A stretch of 64,000 bases of DNA, from positions 102,984,001 to 103,048,000 of the forward strand of contig NC_087472.1 in assembly GCF_036321535.1 (NCBI RefSeq), read 5' to 3'. Under the pieces are notes generated by a model. It was not told where the DNA came from. It saw only the letters and a list, made by a program, of their open reading frames with translations, and made no database searches. Positions 1 through 12,302 of the stretch are shown in pieces. The DNA comes from Camelus dromedarius (taxonomy: Eukaryota). The position numbers were made by a program, and so were the translations under genes. Positions within the stretch are counted from its first letter, which is position 1, and each line of letters opens with the position of its first letter.

Positions 1-201
1 TGGATTCTCTGAGCAGTGAGAATATGACCCTTTTTGTTTGGTTGTTTTCTTCTTTTTATCTGTATTTTGCCAAGAACAAATGTTATTTAAAAATAATAAT
101 AGACACTCCCTGCTTACCAAAAAGTCAGCAGTCTGACTGTCACCACAGTCTAAACCTGGGGCCCAGAAATGAGCCTTGCCAACCCATCCTCCTTGCCTTC
201 T

Positions 202-1054
202 TCTTCTTTTTTTTTTTTTTTTGAAAGAAAATCACTTTATTCTAATTCATTGACAAACAATAACATAAGAAAAGCATGTTTAAGAGGCCACATAGACATC
301 TGCTCAGCCCCAAACTCAATACATCTCAATGAACTTCTATTTAGCAAGAACACACTCTTCCACTGCAATTCGGAAGCAAAAAAGCTATTAATGATAGAGG
401 AGAGAGAGGTTTAACTGGTGGTTTCACACTTTATATCTTCACTATCAATTATATTTTTATGCTAAATCAACTTGGTCATGAGAGATGATTCTTCACATCT
501 TCAACTGGAACTTCTTGATTAAGCTAATCCATTCGCCAGTCTGCACTGTTTCAGCAAGGTTACACAAAGCTTAAAGTCACCCTGGTTCTGGGTGACTTTC
601 ATGCCATAAAATACAAGTACACTCCAAAAACTGTTTCACCTCAAAGAAGCATGGGCCAGACTGCTCCTGCTGTGTGGGCTGGGCTCCCTGAGACTCCTGG
701 TAAGTGATGTCAGGCCTTGAGGGCTCAGCATTACTCTTGCCACTCAAGCCCCCAGTGATGGTACGACCTAGCGTGTGGCAGACAACAGAACCCACAGCCA
801 CGCCAGCTGCAGTGGCTGCCATCTGGGCCAACAGACCTGGCTGCCAGGGTGCAGCAGCAGGGGAGCCAATAGCAGATGGTGGAGCCACTGCTGGCGGCTG
901 AGGTGCTGACACTGGCCTGGGTGCAGCTCTCATCTGAGGTGCCCCGCTGGCTGGAGGGGCCATGCAGGAAGTGCGGCTTCGGCTTCCACAGGCATCGCAA
1001 CTGCGCAGCAAATACTCTGGAAGAGCAAGACTCCGAGGGGACGCTGGCGACTTC
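202..1054 (-). pseudogene. CHCHD2: Processed (retrotransposed) pseudogene of CHCHD2 (MNRR1), full-length mRNA copy with 5'UTR, disrupted CDS (~995-519), 3'UTR and poly(A)
   Basis: The minus-strand translation GSRSRTS.MAPPAS.APQMRAAPRP...QPGL.AQMA.TAAGVAVGS.V.HTLG..ITGG.SG.SNAEP.RPDITYQE.QG...Q..PC..E.KQFLEC matches CHCHD2, and the C-terminus LKQCRLANGLA* is present in another frame (stop 521-519). There are no introns. AATAAA lies at 241-236, with a poly(T) tract at ~207-222. The TSD cctccttgccttct occurs at 188-201 and 1055-1068, with a TT/AGAA L1-endonuclease-type site. Disablements are a frameshift just after ATG (995-993), an insertion at ~594-619 and a small deletion near 555-565. Confidence 0.96.
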
Positions 1055-2083
1055 CCTCCTTGCCTTCTAATATGCGGTTGCTACCTGCCTCTCTTGGTCA
1101 TTCTTTCTATGCTCAATCTTTACTGCACCAGCCCTGCCCTTAACAAAGGGTTGCCAATTTGGAGTGCGACCAATCAGAGGGTACCCATCACTGCACAGGG
1201 TGCTCAGGTACTGTACTGGGACTAGAGAGCACTGTTCGAAACATAAAGCTCAGCAATAAGATCCTGCCTCTCTTCTCCCCCTAACTCAGCCTTCCCCAAA
1301 GACCACGCACCTGTCAGTGCTGATAAATTATGTGTTATTGTTGCAACCTCTTCCTGCCAGAGACAAACATTCATCTTGTAATATGTCAATAGAAATGTAG
1401 TTGAGGAGCAGGTATGCTCATTTTATAATACACTTTGAGTTGACTAATAGGATAGATAACTCAGGAGAGAAACCAAAAGACATAAAGATACTTGTATTTT
1501 ATGGCATGAAAGTTCAGTAAAGTACCTCCCCCAAGTGCCTCCCCTAAGTGCTCCTCCCATTAGCAAAGGGATTTTTAATTTAGAAGATTGACTTAGAATG
1601 TTATAATTTGGGAGATTTGCTACAGGAGAAGTATGCTGTTTGTAGTCATATGACTAGGATAAAGAACCAAGTGCATGACCAAATAGAAAACTCCCTTTTT
1701 GAGCCACTATAACAAAACCAGTGACAAATACTGAGAGCCTTCTGTGGGAGCACATATCGACTGGTTTTATGACATTCCTACCAGGCCATTATTTTTCCAA
1801 AGACTGATTCAGAAAATCTGCTAGTGACACACAGGAGTATTATCTATTCAAAAATTGCATGAGCTTTTCTAGGGCCAAGATCAACCATTGTTTATAAACA
1901 CAGAGAAAAATCTACTATAATATTGAGTCTGAAATCAAATTTCAACTATTTTGTGAACAGTTGAGAAATAATTATTTCAGTTATTTTCCTATCTTTGCTG
2001 CTAACAAGGACCCAAATTATCAGTACCTCTTATAATGCCTGACCTTTTAGGACAGTGTAATGATGTTCTAAAGACAGTAAAGA

Positions 2084-3480
2084 TTCATTAGGTCCCATTT
2101 GTTTATTCTTGCTTTTATTTCTTCTAGGAGAACATTTTTGAGATGTATGTCAGATAATGTTTTGCCTATGTTTTCCTCTAGGAGGTTTATTGTATTTTGT
2201 CTTATGTTTAAGTCTTTGATCCATTTTGAGTTGATTTTTGTGTATGTTGTAAGGGAGTGTTCTAGCTTCATTGTTTTACATGCTGCTGTCCAGTTTTCCC
2301 AACACCATTTGCTGAAGAGACTGTCTTTATTCCATTGTATATTCTTGCCTCCTTTGTTGAAGATTAATTGACCAAAAGTTTGTGGGTTCATTTCTGGGCT
2401 CTCTATTCTGCACAGCAACGGAAACCATAAGTAAAACAAAAAGACAACCTATGGAATGAGAAAAAATTTTTGCAAATGAAACTGAAAAAGGCTTGATCTC
2501 CAGAATATATAAGCAGCTCATACGACTCAACAAGAAGAAAATAAACAACCCAATCCAAAAATGGGCAGAAGACCTAAACACGCAATTCTCCAAGGAAGAC
2601 ATACAAATGATCAACAGGCACATGAAAAAATGCTCCATATCACTAATTGTCAGAGAAATGCAAATCAAAACTACAATGAGATATCATCTCACACCAGTCA
2701 GAATGGCCATCATTCAAAAATCCACAAATGACAAATGCTGGAGAGGCTGTGGAGAAAGGGGAACCCTCCTACACTGCTGGTGGGAATGCAGTTTGGTGCA
2801 GCCAGTGTGGAAAACAGTATGGAGATTCCTCAAAAGACTAGGAATAGACTTACCATATGATCCAGGAATCCTGCTCCTGGGCTTACATCCAGAAGGAACC
2901 CTACTTCAGGATGACACCTGCACCCCAATGTTCATAGCAGCATTATTTACAATAGCCAAGACATGGAAACAGCCTAAATGTCTATCAACAGGTGACTAGA
3001 TAAAGAAGATGTGGTATATTTATACAATGGAATACTACTCAGCCATAAAAACCAACAACATAATGCCATTTGCAGCAACATGGATGCTCCTGGAGAATGT
3101 CATTCTAACTGAAGTAAGCCAGAAAGAGAAAGAAAAATACCATATGAGATCGCTCATATGTGGAATCTAAAAAAACAAACAAGCAAAGCATAAATACAGA
3201 ACAGAAATAGACTCATAGACATAGAATACAGACTTGTGGTTGCCAAGGGGGTAGGGGGTATGAAGAGATAGACTGGGATTTCAAAATTGTAGAATAGATA
3301 AACAAGATTATACTGTATAGCACAGGGAAATATATACAAGATCTTATGGTAGCTCACAGAGAAAGGAATGTGACAATGAATATATATATATGTTCATGTA
3401 TAATTGAAAAATTGTGCTCTACACTGGAATTTGACACAACATTGTAAAATGATTATAAATCAATAAAAAATGTTAAAAAA
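2084..3480 (+). mobile_element. Young 5'-truncated L1 with 5' inversion (twin priming): inverted ORF2 segment 2084-~2410 (-), then ORF2 C-terminus and 3'UTR ~2408-3480 (+)
   Basis: Minus-strand ORF2 peptide [27 protein letters not shown]...[10 protein letters not shown]. Plus-strand peptide ...[53 protein letters not shown] and an A-tail lie at ~3462-3482. TSD aaagacagtaaaga at 2070-2083 and 3480-3493. Confidence 0.95.
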
Positions 3481-3596
3481 AAGACAGTAAAGAGTACACA
3501 CATTGTCATTCTGCCAACTCTTAGCTATAAACTTGTTAATTGAATAATCTTTGTAGAATTAATGCAAAAAAAAGTTCAAGCCATTAAAATGAAACA

Positions 3597-3897
3597 GGGG
3601 GTTGGGAAGGAACAGACTGGGAATTCAAGATTTGTAGAAACTGACAAGTATATATAGAATAGATAAACAAGTTTATACTGCATAGCATAGGGAAACATAT
3701 ACAAGATCTTGTAGTAGCTCATGGTGAAAAAGAATATGAAAATGAATATATGTATATTCAAGTATGACTGAAAAATTGTGCTGTACACCAGAAATTGACA
3801 CAACATTGTAAAGTCTGTACTATAACTCAATAAAAATATACATATATATATAAACCCCCCCAAAATGCAGTTTGTGTAAACCAAAAAGAACAACAAA
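3597..3897 (+). mobile_element. Short young L1 3'UTR fragment with probable short 3' transduction
   Basis: Homologous to the 3'UTR of the L1 at 3250-3480. Candidate TSD aaaatgaaaca (3586-3596) / aaaaggaaaca (3898-3908), at a TT/AAAA site. Confidence 0.85.
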
Positions 3898-4403
3898 AAA
3901 AGGAAACAAAACAAACTTTTATTTTCCAGTGTACCATTTTCGACAAACACGTCAAATATTTTGAAAGATATGCTGAACAACTGAAAATCATTTCCATGGA
4001 AATGGTTCCTTACACAGGAATCTGTTTCTTCTTTGGTTAATGGGGATATTATCCCAATGAAATATTTTAATGGTGCTCAAATAAGTAAAAGAAATACATA
4101 ACATATTGTTGCATGGTCATTTTTCAATCATGCACTGGTCAGTTATTAACAGAAAGACTTATTTTCAAATGTTTATTGACATAATTGGGTTGAAAACTAC
4201 TATGAAACAGTAGAAGGAGTTACTGCTCTCAGAAGACCAGAGCTAATCTCAGACCATCACTTTCTAACTTTGTAAGTGGGTCTGTCATTCACTGTATTTA
4301 AGCCTCCTCTGGAAAACAGAGATAGTAATTCTATCCTGGCTTTACCTAATACAGAAAGCCTAAGTAGAAGAAGAGCAGCCTACTTTTGATCAAGGTATAC
4401 AGC

Positions 4404-4915
4404 TGTGGTGGTATGAATATGTGCACAAATTATTTGATACTCCCTCCTTCAAAGCATGGAAACTAATTTTTCTCCCCTTAAATGTAGGCTGCATTTAGTG
4501 ACTTGCTTCTAATGAGTAGAATGATAGAAGTGATAGTCTATGACATCTGAGGTTAGGATATAAAAGGCATTGTGACTTCCTTCTTGCTTCCTTCCTTTGA
4601 TCACCCCTCCAGGGGAAGACAGCAGCCATGTTGTGTAGATACTCAAGCAGCCCCATGGAGAGGCCCACGTGGCAAGAAACTGGGACTTCACACCAACAAC
4701 AGCAAGAAACTAAGGCCTCCTTCCTACAGTCATTTCATGACTTCTGCCCCAGCCAAGCCTTCAGATGACTGCAGCCCATGTCTTAAATGCAACCTAAGCC
4801 AAACCCATCCAGCTAAACCATTCCTGAATTTCTGACCCACAGAAACTGTGGAATGATAATTGTTTGTTGTTTTAGGCCAGTAAGTTTTGAGATAATTGTT
4901 AATAGATAGCAAATA
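4404..4915 (+). mobile_element. MaLR solo LTR (MLT1E/F-like)
   Basis: Starts tgtggtgg. Contains typical MLT1 motifs (atttagtgacttgcttctaa; ggagaggcccacgtggcaag; cccagccaagccttcagatgactgcagccc; ttctgacccacagaaactgtg; taagttttg). Confidence 0.8.
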
Positions 4916-6133
4916 CTATGACCTACCAGGAAAAATACACCTATACAGACAAGTACAATATGATTCTCTTTTTATATGGAAAGTTTCTAAATAAATTTAG
5001 AAAGAAATGAGAGCTTTGATTTAGAAGCTTACAATCAAATTCTTTTTAAGCTTCCACATATCCTGGGTTATAATGTAGTTAGAAGAAGCTGCAGTTTTCA
5101 TTGGTCACAACGAAGGCTCTGTAACCCACCAGAGACCCTGTGAAGGATGATAAGGCAGCTTTCTAGGTGGAGACTGGTCACACATGTGATAACACTTCAC
5201 AAGCATTCAAATTCAGACTATACAGTCATCATTCCAGATTTACAGAAAATCTTAGGCAAACCAACAGTTACTAAAAAATCTATATTATAAATATCCTGTC
5301 TTTCCCACTAAACCCATGTTTACCAAAATGATTTAAGAGAACCAAAGCTGCAGAAGAATGGAGTTAAAACCATGGCATCAGCCTCCAAACTGGAGTTATA
5401 CAAAGACTTTCCAAGGAGTACATGGGCATAAGTAGTTTTGAGGAAAACAATTTCAACTCAACTTATGTAAGCAATCTCTCCTATAAGTGATCTGCCTGAG
5501 ATATGCATTAAAGCTGGTCTTCTTTCTTACCTCTCGTTTCAGAAGCACCCTTTTCCGTGTTTCAATGAAAAGCATATTTCTTTGAATCCCCAAATCTTAT
5601 TATTATGCCTTGTCTCAGAGTATGAAAACTTCAGGGGCATCAAACAAAGGGATAGCTTAAATACTGGTGTTTGCAAACTTTGTCTATTCAAATCACCATA
5701 AACTCACAGTAGGACATCTCTCTTTCTTACCTAATATTTTTATTAAATGAGAAGGATGGTAAGATTTATGTTGGGATGTTCTATACTGAAAAATACTGTA
5801 GTATGGGGAAGGAGTTGTGGAATTGACAAGAAAGAATTTTCATTTAGCAACTTCATCTCTCAATTCTGTCAACTATTGTAAAATAACACACTGCTCCTGA
5901 GGATAATTCCTGTGAGATTGTTGCCAACAAAGAAAGGAAACCACTGTCTTATGATATCATTTATTTACAAAAGATCCAGGCTCAAAAAAATCTGATTTTT
6001 TAAATGATGAAAGTCAAGGGTATCAGGGAAAAGGTACTATCATTAAAGATGGTTTTGGAAACATTTTATATATTAGTTTTCCTCTCTTGAAAATACTATG
6101 TGATTTAGACAAGGTTATGAATCTGGGAGCACA

Positions 6134-6930
6134 ATTCATTCTTTATACAAATATTTATGGGCTAGCTTCTATTTACCAGGCACTGTTTTAGATTCTTGGA
6201 TGCAATGGTACATAAAATGAACAAAAATCTAAGCTCACATAGAGTTTATAGAAAGAAGAGATAAAAAATAAACAAAACAAGTAAATGGTATAGTACATTG
6301 GAAAGTCATAAGTATATATAGAACAAGAAAAAGGAATGAAGGGCAGAGAGTGCCAGGAGGCATTGGGGATTTTAAGTTAGGTGGGCAGAGACAGCTCCAT
6401 TAGAAGATGACACTTGCACAAAGACTTGAAAGAGATACGGGAGCAAGACTTGTGGTTATCTGGGTGGAAAATGTACTGCGCAGAGGAAGGAAAGCATGTG
6501 CAAAGGCCCTGGAACAAAGTATGCTTGGCTTGCTCAAAGAATGGCAAGAAGTCCAGCATGGAGAGGAGTAAGCAAGAGGTAAATTAGAAGAACAAGAGGT
6601 GATAAGGGTAGTGTAGTGCTAGACCATGTGGAACTTTACAGGCTACTGCAAGGATTTGACTTTTACTCTGGATGAGGGTTTTGTGGAGTGACATAATCTG
6701 ACTTATGTTAAGTGGCAGGCTTACTGCTATATTGATAACAGAGTATGGGAATCAAAAGCAAAAGCAAAAAAATCCAGCAAGGCAGTTACTGCAATAATCC
6801 AGAAAGAGATCGTGGATGCTTGGTCTAAGATGGTAGCCAAGGAAGTGATAAGAAGAAGTGAGATTCTGGATATATTTTGAAGGTAAAGCAAATAGTATTT
6901 TCTGATAGACTGGATGGGTATGAAAGAAAA
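6134..6930 (-). mobile_element. L2 LINE 3' portion
   Basis: Reverse complement of the L2 3' end (attcattc...caaatatttat...ccaggcactgtt), followed by characteristic L2 body (tgcaaaggccctg, ggatttgacttttactctg, gattctggatatattttgaagg). Confidence 0.8.
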
Positions 6931-6934
6931 TAGT

Positions 6935-9725
6935 CTTATATGTATTAGGAAATTAAATTCATAGTTAAAAAGCTTTCTAGAAAGGAAACTTCAACTCAGA
7001 TAGTTTTACTTATAAATTCTATCACATGTTTATGGAGGAAATCACACCAATCTTACCAAAACTCTTTCAGAAAATAAAGGATGAGTGAACACTGCTCAGT
7101 TCATTTTGTGTAGTCAGTATCACCATAATTCTAAAACCTGATAAAGGCAGTTCAAAAAAGAAATTTAGAGAGAGATAACATTCATGAACATAGATGAAAA
7201 ACAAAATCCTTAACAAAATATTAGCAAATGGGGATGCAGCAAAAAACAGCCCTAAGAGGGAAATTCATAGTGATACAGGCTTTCCTCAAAAAATAAGAAC
7301 AATCTCAAATAAACAACCTAACCTACCGCCTAAAATATTGGCAACTGGACTCCAACAGTATATCAAAGGATAATACATGATGACCAAGTTGGGTTTATCT
7401 CAGGAATGCAAAATTGTTTAATATTTAAAGATCAGTCAAAGTAATTCACCATAGTAACAGAACAAAGGAGAAAAACTATATGGTAATTTGAATAGATGCA
7501 GAAAAAAATTCAAATCTAGGAATAAAAGGGAAATAATTCAACCTGATAAAGGACATCTTTTAAAAACCTGAAGCTAACTTCTTATTTAATAGTGAAAGTC
7601 TGAATTTTTTGGCTCAGAAAAAAATTCAGGCACTGTACAGGAGGTCTTAGCCAATTCAATAAGGCAGAATGTTAAAGTTAAAAGAAATAAAAGGCAGAAA
7701 GATTAGAAAGGAAAAAGTAAAATTGTCTATATTTGCTAATGACATGACCATATACAAAAGCCTAAAGAATCACAAAATAAATGCTAGAATTAAAAAGTGA
7801 TTTTTAGGAAAGTCATAGGATACAAGGTTAATTAAAAAACTCAAGTAATATCACAATTAGAAAACGAAATTTTAAAATTGATTCCATCTATAATGTCAAA
7901 ACTTACGGACTGAGTCTAACATATAGCATGTTATGTTGTATATCATATGTATCATAAAACAATATAACATAGTAAGTCTAACAAAAGACTTCTTAGATCT
8001 CTACATCAGAAATATAAAACATTGTTGAGGAAGTTAAAGAGATCTAAATAAATGTTGAGATAAACCATTTCATAGATTCTAAGATTCAATTTTATCAAGA
8101 TGTCAGTTTTCCCAAAATTAATCTATAGACACAATGTAATTCCAAACAAACCTTCAGCAGAGTCTTTTCCTAGAAACTGACAAGCTAAGTCTAGAATTAC
8201 ATGAAAAATCAAGGGGCACAGAATAGCCAAAACAACTTTGAAAAAAAGAACAAATATACATTATCTGACTTCATGACTTACTTTTATGCTAAAATTATCA
8301 AGACAGTGTAGTACTGGCATAATGATTGACAAACAGATCAATTGGAACTGAATATAGCCCAGAAATTGACCTCAAACTATATGGTCATCTGATTTTTTCT
8401 AATGGCACCAAAGGAATCCAAAGGGAAAAGAACAGTCTTTTCAAGAAATGCTGCTGGAATAATTAGATATCCATAGAGAAAGGGAAAAAAATAACATAAG
8501 CCTCCACTTCACACCATATACAAAAATAAATCTGAAATATATCCTAGACCTAAATATGAAAGCTAAAGCCCTAAAGCTTCAGAAAACATATATTTGACAA
8601 AAGATTGGTATCCAGACTATATAAAAAACTCCTAAAAATTGATAATAAAAAAGAAAATATTTTTAAATGGGCAAAATATTTAAATAGGCACTTGATAAAA
8701 GAACATGTACTAATGGCTAAAACGCACATGAAAAAGTACTTGACATCATTAGTCACTGTGGAAATGCAAATTAAAATACACATCCACCAGTATGGGTAAT
8801 ATTAAAAAGTCTGACCGCAATATCAGATGTTGACAAGGATTTGGGGCAGTCGAAACTCTCATACATTGTTTGTATGACTGTAAAAGTGTTCAACCCATTT
8901 GGCAAAAGGTCTAGCTGTTTCTTGTAAAACTAAACATACATCTACCCTATGAGCCAGCAATTCCCCCTAGGTATTACTTAAGAGAAATAAAAATATACGT
9001 CCACAAAAAGACTTGTGCACAAATGTTCATGGCAGCTTTCTTTTTAATAGTCAAAACTAGAAACAGCTCAGGTGCCCATCAACAAGACAATAGATAAGCA
9101 AACTACGTTATAGTCGGATGATGGAATATAACTCAGCAACAGAAGGATTGAGCTACCAGTATATACTACAGTATGCATGAATCCCCAAAACATTATGCTG
9201 AGTGGAAGAAGCTATCCACAAGAGGATATATATTGTATAATTCCATTCATAGAAAGTTCAAGAACAGGCAAATCTCCTCTACAGTGGGAAACAATGACAG
9301 TGTTTTCCTGGTCGGGGAGAGGGTGTGAAAGGGGGACAGTGTTTGCCTGGGAAAGGGCATGAAGGAACTTTCTGGGGTGAAAACAATGTTCTATATCTTG
9401 ATGGTGGTTTGTATTCATTGAAACTTAGTGGATGTGCACTTAAGACTTATGCATTTCATTATATGTAAATTTTACATCAAAAGAAAAACTTCAAATACTA
9501 AACTCTAATTGGTAATATGAATGCTGAAGTATATGGAGGGAGTGGATGGATGTCTTCAATTTACTTTGAGATGCATCAAAAAATAAGATGACTTGATATG
9601 GGTGATAAAACAAGTACAGTAAAATATAAATGGCAAGATCTAGGTGATGGTATACAAATTTTCACCATAAAATTCTTCCAATTTTGTGGTATGTTTGAAA
9701 TTTTCCATAATAGAACAATTTTTAA
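6935..9725 (+). mobile_element. Old L1 (L1MD-like): decayed ORF2 RT/C-terminal region and 3'UTR
   Basis: Degenerate ORF2 sequence (aaaatccttaacaaaatattagcaaa; catgaccaagttgggtttatctcaggaatgcaa; atagatgcagaaaaa; ORF 8605-8799 resembles the ORF2 C-terminus). An L1M-type 3'UTR ends ~9720. Confidence 0.85.
7232..7331 (+). mobile_element. Tail-less internal L1 ORF2 fragment inserted into the older L1
   Basis: Encodes WDAAK..LRGKFIVIQAFLKK*EQSQINNLTYRL, the post-endonuclease linker of ORF2, out of order within the host RT region. Flanked by aaaatattagcaaatgg (7215-7231) / aaaatattggcaactgg (7332-7348). Confidence 0.75.
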
Positions 9726-12302
9726 AATTAAAACTACATACATAGCAATGCTGATAGCTTTTCAAGATAATTAAACGATTTTTTTCCCCCAGAAAGTACA
9801 ATACTTGTATATTGATCTGGTGCTCAATGTAAAATAATTAGGCAGGGGTGATTCATCAGGCACTCATTAATTCATTCAAACATTTAATAGTTATTTATTG
9901 AGCAACTACTATGTGTCAGGCACTTGAAAGAAAGTGAAAATGCAGAACAGTCTTCTCAGTAAATAACTATCTACTTTCACTCACAGTAACCTACTTGGAA
10001 AGGAATCCTTCAGGGAAATGAGGCATGACAAGCAAGCCCATCATTCATGGCTATTTTTTAATGCTATATTTTTCCCATTTAAGAAGTCATTTTCAAACGG
10101 AAAATCAATACTGTTAGATAGAAAATAATTGCACAAATACTGGTGTCAATTTTAAATTGTTTCTTAAACATATTTTCAACCTTGGAAGCAGAAAAATTGA
10201 GACTTAAGGGAAGAAAAGGCCTCACTAACATAACATGTGATTTTTAAAACCCTGGTATTATCCTGACAGATCAAAAGCGCTCTAAATGTCATTTCCTCAC
10301 AAGAAGCTATTATGCACAGTGCTTGAACAGGGCTGGAGGACCTAGCAGCAGAAGAGGGGAAAAGGTTTCCAAGGCGAGAAGGCTGCTTGTTTCAGAGCTA
10401 AATCTTAAATTGCCACGCCTTGAGGTCTTGACCAGGAAAATGAATGGTCAGCCAGCACATCAGCCTAATAACAGGTCTTGTTTTCCTAGATTACACTGAA
10501 TTTATTAGACACATATTCTTAAATACATGATTTTCCAGTGTAATTCAAGTTATATCTTGAGGCGGAGCGCAAACACTGATGAACGCTTTTGTACGCAAAT
10601 ATATTCTGATATGTGAATCTGTTGCTTCTCTCAGACACCAAAGCAAAGTTTTAGGCTGGGAATTGGAAATACTCCTAGTTCTACATTGCTCTAATTCACA
10701 TTCCAGCGCTAAATGTGACTGAGTAATTCAGATGTTAGGAAACATGGTTGAAGGGCGAAACAGGGACTGAGAATTTGCCAACCAGATAATTTGAAGCCCT
10801 TGCCTGACACTCACACAAGCAGCACTGGGTCCTTTGAAATGCACTTAGGCTTCTTGACTCAGTTTCCCCCTTTTTTTCCGTAGGGATTATCCTACTCCCC
10901 GTTTTGCCCAGATCAGCCATCACAGTTTCTATTATTTGAAAGCCTGCCTAAAACATATCCTTTTCCTTCAAGGATCTAGAGAAGGAATGTCTTGAATTTT
11001 ATCTTCTTTGTCTTTCCTTTAATTTCCTCTCTCTTCCCTAAGCATTAGGATGGCCTTGACAGGGCCGGGGATGGGGTGGGAGAGTCACAAAAAGGGCTAT
11101 TTTATAGCTAGAAATGGAACTGGGGAGAGACATTCATTGGCACTTGCTTCAGAGGTGAAGCAGGGATGGGGCAAGTAACATTTGTGGATTCTCTAAATTC
11201 GAATTCAGAGTATTTTCATCACGTAGGTGGTGAAATCACCTCTCCTCTCTCTGCTGCTTCTGCGAAACACTGCCCAGTATCTACAGCATGAGCCCAGAAA
11301 TCAGCTTTTCTCTCTTTCTCAATTCACCAAAAAGCCCTCCAAAAGACAGACAGAATAATAATTAAAGTACACTATGACAGCTCTTGTGCCCTGATAAAAT
11401 ACAACACACACGCACAGGATGCTTTTCCTATGTTTGTCCCAAGGGCTTTGCCACATCACTGGCTGTAGCATGTGAGCAGAGACCATAAATAAGATGTTGC
11501 TCCATGACACAAAAAGCAAAAACCGGGCAAAGAATTTAAAATTCCCTTTTATTTTAATCTGGTTCTTAAACCTCTATCTGGCCTGGTAGCTTAACGAGTC
11601 TTGAGACTTGGTGTCTCAGTCGTAGGACAGTAGAACGTAGAACAAAGTCATAGGACAAATGCCTTCATCCCTACCAGTCCCTAACCAACCATTCACATCC
11701 TAAAACTGACCTAGGCAACCGGTCCTGATTTTATCCACTGTTCTTATTTCACTAGATGGCTCTCTTGAAATTCCTTTAAAAGAAAGGGTCTCTCCTATTC
11801 AGTCTTGCCTCAAAGCATTTGTGGACTAAATTTACTAGCTTTCCCCGATCTTAATTCAGCAATTGAGCAAATCCAAACCTCTTTATATTACTATTAGTCT
11901 TTGCTTACTCCATTGTCTGTGTTTTTCCAATTATGTATAATCTCATTTGTATTCTTTTTGTAGCACCTCAAAAAGCCATACCAAGGATTTACTTTGGAAA
12001 TCTATGAGTTTTTCTCAGCCACTGCTCAGTGAAAAATACAATCCAATTCTTCCCTCACTATTGGTTGAAACTTCAAGAGATAATATTTATTTTTACGAAC
12101 AATACTTTCACCTCATAATTGCTGCTATAATAAATATTTTTGGGGTCTAAGTGACCAAAACTCAGATCAAATTTGCTTAAGCACAAGAAGGGGGAACTGG
12201 GGGGCTTGTTTTATTGACAAATCTGAGTTATCTGTCAGGAGCCCAGAAAAAAATCTCATTCTATTTTTTGGCCCTTTTTTCTCTGTGTTAGCTTTATTTT
12301 CT

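Noticed and set aside
2493..2999. 168-aa ORF, the longest in the window
   Set aside because: It is the C-terminus of L1 ORF2 in a truncated element, not a host gene.
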